32,000 bases of DNA, taken from contig CAZYLT010000018.1 in the NCBI GenBank assembly GCA_964648855.1, positions 17,039 through 49,038 on the forward strand, written 5' to 3'. A model generated the notes under the pieces. It was given only the letters and a program-made list of their open reading frames with translations. It ran no database searches and was not told the origin of the DNA. This document shows positions 25,483 through 32,000 of this stretch, in pieces (position 1 is the stretch's first letter; the number at the start of each line of letters is the position of its first letter). The position numbers were made by a program, and so were the translations under genes. Source of the DNA: an uncultured archaeon (GTDB lineage Archaea > Asgardarchaeota > Thorarchaeia > Thorarchaeales > Thorarchaeaceae).

Positions 25483-28293
25483 ATGTCAGCTGTTCCAGCG
25501 GGATATGAAGCATTTTCAAACATGAGAAGAAAGGGCGTCACACTCCTGAGTATACTTCTCGCTACGTCAATGGTCATGGGAATCTTTGTGTACGTTGACT
25601 CGTACTCTGTCTATGAATGGGATAATCAACTGGAGCAGGTCGGCCCAATCGCTATGGCGGTTGAAGGGCCAGGGATTGCCATGCTGGTTGATGAAGTGTC
25701 GGCTATCAACGGAGTTACAATTGCAGAGTCTATTGAGGGAGTCCATACAGAGATACTTGCCGTAAACACTTCTACGGAAAATGGCTATGAGTATGAGCCA
25801 GGGATTTGGGGGCTTGTCCAGGCACCCACGCCGTCCTATATTGACGCTTTTCCTGATGCCTTCACATATATCCAAGGTCGCCCAGCACAATCCGATACTG
25901 AGATTGCAGTTCATGAGGCAGCAGTGGAACAAATGGATTGGAAGCTGGGGGACACTGCCAATTTCACATACTGGGTGGGCAGCGGATGGGAACGAGAGAG
26001 AACGGGTATGCTACTTGAGATTGTGGGAATCTACTCATACTATAGTGACATGTTCAGCTCGGAATTCTACTACTATGATTTCTACAGCAGACCCGTAGCA
26101 CTAGTCAACGAGAGCAACATTTTTGGTACAGATGTTGATAGGCGAGTAGACCTTGATATCGATCGTAGCCAGCTTTCGCCATTCGATGCACGGGCATCAT
26201 TGATATTTACGCAGAATATTGCCGAAGAAATCAAGAGATTTGACAATTGGTATCCAGAGCACAGAGGATACTCGGACTACAATGTCAATAATAGAATTGG
26301 GAATAGAATCAGCTATTTCATGAATTGGGTCTTGACACAGAGACTAGGGCAAATAGGCAGGACCACCGGTGTATTCCTATTACTCATTCTCGTGCTATTT
26401 CTGACAATCAGACACAATGTATATGAACGAAAATTCGAAATGAATATGCTCATGTCCAGAGGTGCTTCAGAGGGGGATTTGAACAAAATCATTTTCCGTG
26501 AGATAGTGATGCTATCTGCATTGGGCACTGCCTTGGGCTTGGGTATTGGAGCAATATTCAGTAGAATCGCCAGTATGGCTACAGGATTCTTTCAATTTGA
26601 ACCACTTCTATTATTCACGGAACCGTTTCTCATAACTATAGATTCCATAATATTTGCTGTTCTCATTGGATTTACCCTGCCAATTGCCACCTATATTCTC
26701 TATAGGGCGGTATACAAAATGAGGGAAGCAGTCATAGAGAGTACCGGCAAATTAGCAAAATTGTCGAGAGGACTGCGAATCATAAGATGGGATGCTCTAA
26801 CGCTAACGCTTTCTATTCTACTCATTGTTTTGGTCTATACCTCAGATATTGGCATTCAATACAATCCCCTTTTCAGCATGATTTTGACGTTAACTCCTCT
26901 TACCATATTCCTCAGTTTGGGTAGCCTTACAATCAGATTAGTAAGAAGGGGAGCTCGTTTCATATCAAGACACATGCACAAAGTTGCAGGTGAAATGTCC
27001 TCGAATATTGGTATAAGGAGGATTGGTAAGAGCGCCTCATCAGCAGGACCAGCAATCCTCGTGCTCGTGTTAGCGATTAGTATAGGGTGGACCAATTCCG
27101 TCATTGGTGCATCTTTACCTGTGACAAAAATGAATCATGCCCGTTTTGCATTTGGTGGCGATCTTTCATTCCACCTTGAACCCAGCCAACAAGCAGAATG
27201 GGATAACTTCACAACGAATATCTCAACTCATCCTCAAGTTGAGGCCGTAGCTCACTTGTCAGTGATTGATTTATTTCTCTCTGCAGGGAGGTCAGATGAG
27301 GTCCAAGTTGTTGGCATGAATCCAGACGTCTACAAAAACGTGGGCTACGACTACTTGGGTTTCCCCTTAGAGAATTCCTCATTGGAGCCGATGCTAGACG
27401 CATTAAGTTCATCATCCACTGGAGCTATTATAACTGAGGACATAGCCGAAGCGTATGAGTTGTCAGTTGGAGATACTCTGAGAGGATTTACAATACCTGG
27501 AGATGATGTGGAGAGAGTGTTTGTATTCACCATCATAGGTATTACCACAGCTCTATCCGATGCCATGCTTATGGACACCGGGTCAAATCAGGATAACCCC
27601 TGGTGGTGGCGCCCTCTTCAGGTAGGCGCGAGTACAATTTGGGTCAACAGACAGTATATGGAAAGTCAGTACAATCTAGTGAATAATTCGCAAAACGTAC
27701 TGTGTACCAGAGTAAACGAGGGAGCCAACACAACGAAAATCTTGGAAGACATTCTTAGTATGTCAACAGACCCACCCATTTACTCTGAGGGGTACGCCTC
27801 CACTACACATGAGGTATCAAATTACCTATCTCAGACTGCATTTCAAATCGACAGGTCAGTTGATACTATGCTGACCGTGGCAACCACTACAATAATCTTA
27901 GCAGGATTTGTGATTTATGCATTTGAGGGAATTCGAAATAGAAGGAGGGAAATTGCACTTCTGAGGGCTATGGGGGCTGACAGGAGAGATGTACTGAAGG
28001 TCCAAGCAGCAGAGATGTTGGTTCTAATGTGTATTGGTTTGATTCTCTTAGTTGGGTATTCACCGCTACTTGTGATGAATACATTGATGACCTATTCTAC
28101 AACAACATACATCTTCCCGGTGACTATCTATGCTGTAGTTCCATATCTGCAATTGGGCATCATCTTTTTCTTTTTCGCAGCAATGGTAAGCATATTCATC
28201 ATGGTAGTCGCTGCCTTAGGAATTAGGGTCAATCTGTCGGAAGCATTGAATGCTGCGTGGGCAGAAACAGGAATTATGTGGGGGGAACAGTGA
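25483..28293 (+). CDS. FtsX/MacB-like (type VII) ABC permease with a duplicated architecture
   Basis: TM, large ectodomain, TM bundle arrangement occurs twice. Motifs ERKFEMNMLMSRGAS and RRREIALLRAMGA. Confidence 0.9.
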   Translation: MSAVPAGYEAFSNMRRKGVTLLSILLATSMVMGIFVYVDSYSVYEWDNQLEQVGPIAMAVEGPGIAMLVDEVSAINGVTIAESIEGVHTEILAVNTSTENGYEYEPGIWGLVQAPTPSYIDAFPDAFTYIQGRPAQSDTEIAVHEAAVEQMDWKLGDTANFTYWVGSGWERERTGMLLEIVGIYSYYSDMFSSEFYYYDFYSRPVALVNESNIFGTDVDRRVDLDIDRSQLSPFDARASLIFTQNIAEEIKRFDNWYPEHRGYSDYNVNNRIGNRISYFMNWVLTQRLGQIGRTTGVFLLLILVLFLTIRHNVYERKFEMNMLMSRGASEGDLNKIIFREIVMLSALGTALGLGIGAIFSRIASMATGFFQFEPLLLFTEPFLITIDSIIFAVLIGFTLPIATYILYRAVYKMREAVIESTGKLAKLSRGLRIIRWDALTLTLSILLIVLVYTSDIGIQYNPLFSMILTLTPLTIFLSLGSLTIRLVRRGARFISRHMHKVAGEMSSNIGIRRIGKSASSAGPAILVLVLAISIGWTNSVIGASLPVTKMNHARFAFGGDLSFHLEPSQQAEWDNFTTNISTHPQVEAVAHLSVIDLFLSAGRSDEVQVVGMNPDVYKNVGYDYLGFPLENSSLEPMLDALSSSSTGAIITEDIAEAYELSVGDTLRGFTIPGDDVERVFVFTIIGITTALSDAMLMDTGSNQDNPWWWRPLQVGASTIWVNRQYMESQYNLVNNSQNVLCTRVNEGANTTKILEDILSMSTDPPIYSEGYASTTHEVSNYLSQTAFQIDRSVDTMLTVATTTIILAGFVIYAFEGIRNRRREIALLRAMGADRRDVLKVQAAEMLVLMCIGLILLVGYSPLLVMNTLMTYSTTTYIFPVTIYAVVPYLQLGIIFFFFAAMVSIFIMVVAALGIRVNLSEALNAAWAETGIMWGEQ

Positions 28294-31116
28294 ATGTTTC
28301 TGATTTCGCGCCTCATGTCTAGAGCTCCACAAGTCTTGGCTACATTCGTCATATTTTCATTGTCAGCAGGAGTGTTAGGAGGCTTAGTGTTCTATGTCGA
28401 TAATGCGGCTCCTGATGTGCTGGGTAATTTCACTGAGGACACCCCATTTGACATGCAAGTATCCATTACATCTTCCTTCTATGGACAAAACACCACGTCC
28501 CTTTACGATATCAGGAGTTCAATGACGTCCGAAGCGGTTGTCGAAGATCTGGAAAAGGTGAATTTCATAGAAACCTATTACGAAGAAGAAGACCACATGG
28601 ATTGGAGATACGAACATAGAGTCTACCTCGGTATAGCTCGGTCATTCTTCGATGAATTTCCGAATGCTATACAAACGAATGCAGACACATCTCTGCTTAC
28701 CGATCAGACCTGCCTGATAGAACGACATACGATGGATCGCTTGGAACTGCAAATAGGGGATGATTATACCGCATATGTTACGTATTATTCGCCCGAATCA
28801 GGCAGAGTCGAATATAGCAAGACGTACCAGATTGTGGGCGTGTTTGACTCCAACATTTTCATGGATGAATACTGGCGGTATTCCGGTGAAGAGCTAATCA
28901 GCCGTCTTCATATGATAACAACCAATGAAGGATTATCTTCGAGATTTGCAGAGCTCCCTTACGGTGAATACTCAGGGATACGAGAGGCATATTGGCTGAC
29001 TCTCGATAAAGAGTGGATGTTGGATCAAGACCCCGCTTTTCTGATAGAGGAACTGGATAATCTGAGAAAACGTATTGAGCAGGCTGCATTGCCATATGCA
29101 TTCGTGTCAGAATACGAGGTACTTGAGGCTGTGAGAGATTACGTTGCGTGGGCTACTGCCATGCGATCTATTGCGATCTCGTTCTCCATCCCTAGCATTG
29201 TCATGGGAGTCATGTTGGTATACTACACATCGAATCTATTGGCAGATGAGAGAAGAAAGGATGTAGGCACCCTAAAGACGAGAGGGGGGTCTGGATGGCA
29301 AGCCTTTAGATGGATAATCAGTAGTTCGCTATTGACTGCAATCATAGGAAGCATTGGCGCCATTGGAACAGGAGCATTAGCTGCCTATTTATCAAGCGCC
29401 GTGAAACTATTCTTCATTTTCGATTTTTCCCAGCTTGCAGGTCTTGACTTCTTACTCTATCCTGAGTCTGTAGCCATAGTATTCGGTTTCGCATTTGCTG
29501 TTGGCATTGTGGTTTCATTGCCAGTTGCAATCAAGTCTTTCCTAATGACATCAACCGAGGCTCACAGTACCATTGAAAGAGATATACTTCTTGAAAGAGA
29601 AGAAATGGGCAGCGTTTGGATTGATTTAGGTGTAATCGCGGTCTGCGGATATGCCACATTGCAGATTGTAGTCTACGCCTCTATGTTCAGTTATTACGGG
29701 ATGTCGGCTCTCGGATTACTCATCACTCTTGTGCCTTTTCTGGCAGGATTCATAATAGGATTTGCCAGATTGTTATCCAGGCCAGTGGCATCCATTAAGG
29801 CAAGGGTGCTCAAGCGGATAGACTTGGATGTCTTTCGTGTAGGAGCAAGAGTCATGGGCAGGACTGTCGCACTATTCAAGAAAAGCGAGTCCATGGGTGT
29901 AATGTTTGTCGCTATGGTTTTTGCAGCCGGGGTCTTTTCATCTGTATCAGCCTATACTGGACACAACCATATGATTGATACTTTCAAATTCCAAGTTGGA
30001 TCCGATGTAACAATAGACGTGAGAACTGGATTGAATAACATAACCACCGATTTTGTTGGTAATATTTCTGCAATTGAGGGCGTTTCTCATGTGACTGCTG
30101 CATTAACAGTTACTGGTGCGATTTCCTATTATTCTGCTGACAGCAATAATTTCCGCAGATGGAGAAATCATAGCATCATGGTCTACGCGGCGCAACCGGC
30201 TTCATGGTATGATGCCGGATTCTGGTTGCCCTACTTCACCGAATCCCTATCTCCACAGGATGCACTCGCTTTGATGTCAGAAAACCATACAAACATTCTC
30301 TCATCATTTAAACCGGTGGATGAATACAGCGGATATACCCCAGTCTATGGAGATCAAGTTACGGTACGCCTGAAGGGCGACGGATGGTACAATATCTCCC
30401 ATTGTAAGATAGTTGACATTATGGGAGAGCCAGGAATGTATTCTCCCACGACCTACTTGCCTGGAATGCCTAGTACGCGTCAATTCATTGTCATGGACCT
30501 TGACTACGTTCATGACAGCCTAAACACAACAGAGGTAACACGATTTCTCGTGAACCTAGAGAATCCTTCAGAATACGAGGTTGTAATGGAGAGGCTGCAT
30601 GAGCTGGCACCAAACAGCTTTTCTTCCATAGAATCACCGTATACCGATATCAATGCCGCTATAGAATCTAACGCAGGGCAATCGATTCACGGTATCTACA
30701 CCATGAACGTAGTTTTCACGCTGATATTTCTATCAGCTGGAATGTTCATTGTTTCATTGATGAGAACAAACAACCTAAGCAAGCAGTTCTCGATTCTTCG
30801 GGCATTGGGAACCGAAGATAGATCCATCACAGCTTCTGTGCTTGCTGACACAAGCATTGGGCTACTGATTGCAGCGATTATCGGTACATTTCTAGGCTTT
30901 ATACTAACGGGATTCATTATCAACATGCCAATTGTGTATTTTGGGGCAGAAACAGCAATGCTTTGGTCGCGGTTGCCGGTGACCCTAATAATTCCTGGTC
31001 TGGTCTTGGGTGGTATTATTTTTGCGAGCTACTCGTTTTCGCTGATAGCTACCTATGTAGTTACACGAAAGACATTGGAGAAGAACATAGCAGAAGACAT
31101 ACAATACATGGAGTGA
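28294..31116 (+). CDS. FtsX/MacB-like (type VII) ABC permease, second paralog
   Basis: ERRKDVGTLKTRGG, VGSDV, KQFSILRALG. Abuts the previous gene. Confidence 0.9.
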   Translation: MFLISRLMSRAPQVLATFVIFSLSAGVLGGLVFYVDNAAPDVLGNFTEDTPFDMQVSITSSFYGQNTTSLYDIRSSMTSEAVVEDLEKVNFIETYYEEEDHMDWRYEHRVYLGIARSFFDEFPNAIQTNADTSLLTDQTCLIERHTMDRLELQIGDDYTAYVTYYSPESGRVEYSKTYQIVGVFDSNIFMDEYWRYSGEELISRLHMITTNEGLSSRFAELPYGEYSGIREAYWLTLDKEWMLDQDPAFLIEELDNLRKRIEQAALPYAFVSEYEVLEAVRDYVAWATAMRSIAISFSIPSIVMGVMLVYYTSNLLADERRKDVGTLKTRGGSGWQAFRWIISSSLLTAIIGSIGAIGTGALAAYLSSAVKLFFIFDFSQLAGLDFLLYPESVAIVFGFAFAVGIVVSLPVAIKSFLMTSTEAHSTIERDILLEREEMGSVWIDLGVIAVCGYATLQIVVYASMFSYYGMSALGLLITLVPFLAGFIIGFARLLSRPVASIKARVLKRIDLDVFRVGARVMGRTVALFKKSESMGVMFVAMVFAAGVFSSVSAYTGHNHMIDTFKFQVGSDVTIDVRTGLNNITTDFVGNISAIEGVSHVTAALTVTGAISYYSADSNNFRRWRNHSIMVYAAQPASWYDAGFWLPYFTESLSPQDALALMSENHTNILSSFKPVDEYSGYTPVYGDQVTVRLKGDGWYNISHCKIVDIMGEPGMYSPTTYLPGMPSTRQFIVMDLDYVHDSLNTTEVTRFLVNLENPSEYEVVMERLHELAPNSFSSIESPYTDINAAIESNAGQSIHGIYTMNVVFTLIFLSAGMFIVSLMRTNNLSKQFSILRALGTEDRSITASVLADTSIGLLIAAIIGTFLGFILTGFIINMPIVYFGAETAMLWSRLPVTLIIPGLVLGGIIFASYSFSLIATYVVTRKTLEKNIAEDIQYME

Positions 31117-31121
31117 AACAC

Positions 31122-31997
31122 TTGACTGAAAATATCGAAGAAATATCAGAAGACTACAAGATTGTAGTAAGGGACTTGATGAAGGTCTATCGGAGAGGAA
31201 TGAAAGAGGTCATCGCTCTCAGGGGTCTAGATTTTGAAGTTGAACAATCTGAATTTCTATCCATTATCGGACCTTCTGGTTCCGGAAAATCGACCCTTCT
31301 TAAAATGCTTGGAGCATTAGACAAACCAACTGCAGGAACGATATTATTTGATGGACACAGTGTCACACTTCTTGATGACCGCCGAGCCATGCTGTATCGG
31401 AGACAGAAGGTTGGTTTCGTATGGCAAACGGGGAATCTTGTTCCCGGACTTACTGCAATAGAGAATGTCAAGCTGCCAATGAAACTTGCAGGAGCGCCCA
31501 AGGATAAAGCGGATGAACGCGCGAAGATGCTGCTGGAATCAGTAGGAATGCTTCCTCGAAAGAACCACAAACCACACCAGATGTCTGGCGGTGAAAATCA
31601 GCGAACAGCGATATGTGTAGCATTGGCCAATAAACCAGAATTATTACTTGCAGACGAACTAACTGGTGAACTGGATACCGAAACTGCTGAAATCGTAATG
31701 GAAACTCTAAAGCAAATGAATAAGGAGTTCGGAACAACAATCATCAATGTTACACACAACCCTCGCGTTGCGGCATATGCTGGCAGAGTGGTAAGAATTC
31801 GGGATGGCCTTATAGAAGGGCAGCAGCACACGCTCTATGGCGACATTAGTGAGGTTGATGCAAAGGGTAGAATGGTTCTTCCTGACACCATTAGACGACT
31901 TGCAGGAATAGAGAAGCGGGTAGTATTACAGGCAACTTCTGAAGGAATTCTGATAAAACCACTTGATACTGATAATTTCGAAAATCAGGAGAGGTAG
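31122..31997 (+). CDS. ABC ATP-binding protein (LolD-like) with a C-terminal AbrB/MraZ-like domain
   Basis: GPSGSGKS, MSGGENQR, LADELTG, VTHN. Tail SEVDAKGRMVLPDTIRRLAGI...ILIKP. TTG at 31122 follows GGAGTG. Confidence 0.9.
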   Translation: MTENIEEISEDYKIVVRDLMKVYRRGMKEVIALRGLDFEVEQSEFLSIIGPSGSGKSTLLKMLGALDKPTAGTILFDGHSVTLLDDRRAMLYRRQKVGFVWQTGNLVPGLTAIENVKLPMKLAGAPKDKADERAKMLLESVGMLPRKNHKPHQMSGGENQRTAICVALANKPELLLADELTGELDTETAEIVMETLKQMNKEFGTTIINVTHNPRVAAYAGRVVRIRDGLIEGQQHTLYGDISEVDAKGRMVLPDTIRRLAGIEKRVVLQATSEGILIKPLDTDNFENQER

Positions 31998-32000
31998 CAG

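Noticed and set aside
30963-31121. N-terminal extension of the last ABC ATPase
   Set aside because: It overlaps the permease by about 150 nt; the TTG at 31122 with an SD is more plausible.
1-32000. CRISPR arrays, tRNA/rRNA genes, transposases, integrases, defence systems
   Set aside because: I saw no regularly spaced direct repeats, cloverleaf or rRNA-like segments, or mobile-element motifs. Intergenic gaps are all short. The remaining antisense short ORFs in the track lie within well-supported genes.

Overview
Gene-dense archaeal chromosomal segment with no rRNA, tRNA, CRISPR array or mobile element that I could recognise. The gene content points to an Asgard archaeon, probably Thorarchaeia (inference): several longin/roadblock proteins, a Ras-like GTPase, a surface protein with repeated Ig-like domains, a FrhB-type subunit, a tungsten AOR and a geranylgeranyl reductase. 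The most striking region is about 3.3-9.6 kb. It holds a longin/uDENN-like protein with a TackOD1-type multi-Zn-ribbon and an MFS-fold membrane protein ending in a RadA-N-like (HhH)2 domain. Divergent from the latter lie two paralogous longin + tandem winged-helix proteins (NPRL2/NPRL3-like architecture, one with a roadblock-like insert), the second overlapping a MinD/ParA ATPase with an atypical RGGTGKS P-loop, followed by a GNAT. The rest contains AOR plus an unannotated 49-aa ORF, a loose lipid-turnover cluster (lipase, GDPD, GGR, acyl-CoA ligase), apt, a degenerate Ras-like GTPase with a long acidic N-terminus, small Zn-finger proteins and a four-gene type VII (MacB/LolCDE-like) ABC operon. 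All family calls are by motif recognition from memory; no searches were run.
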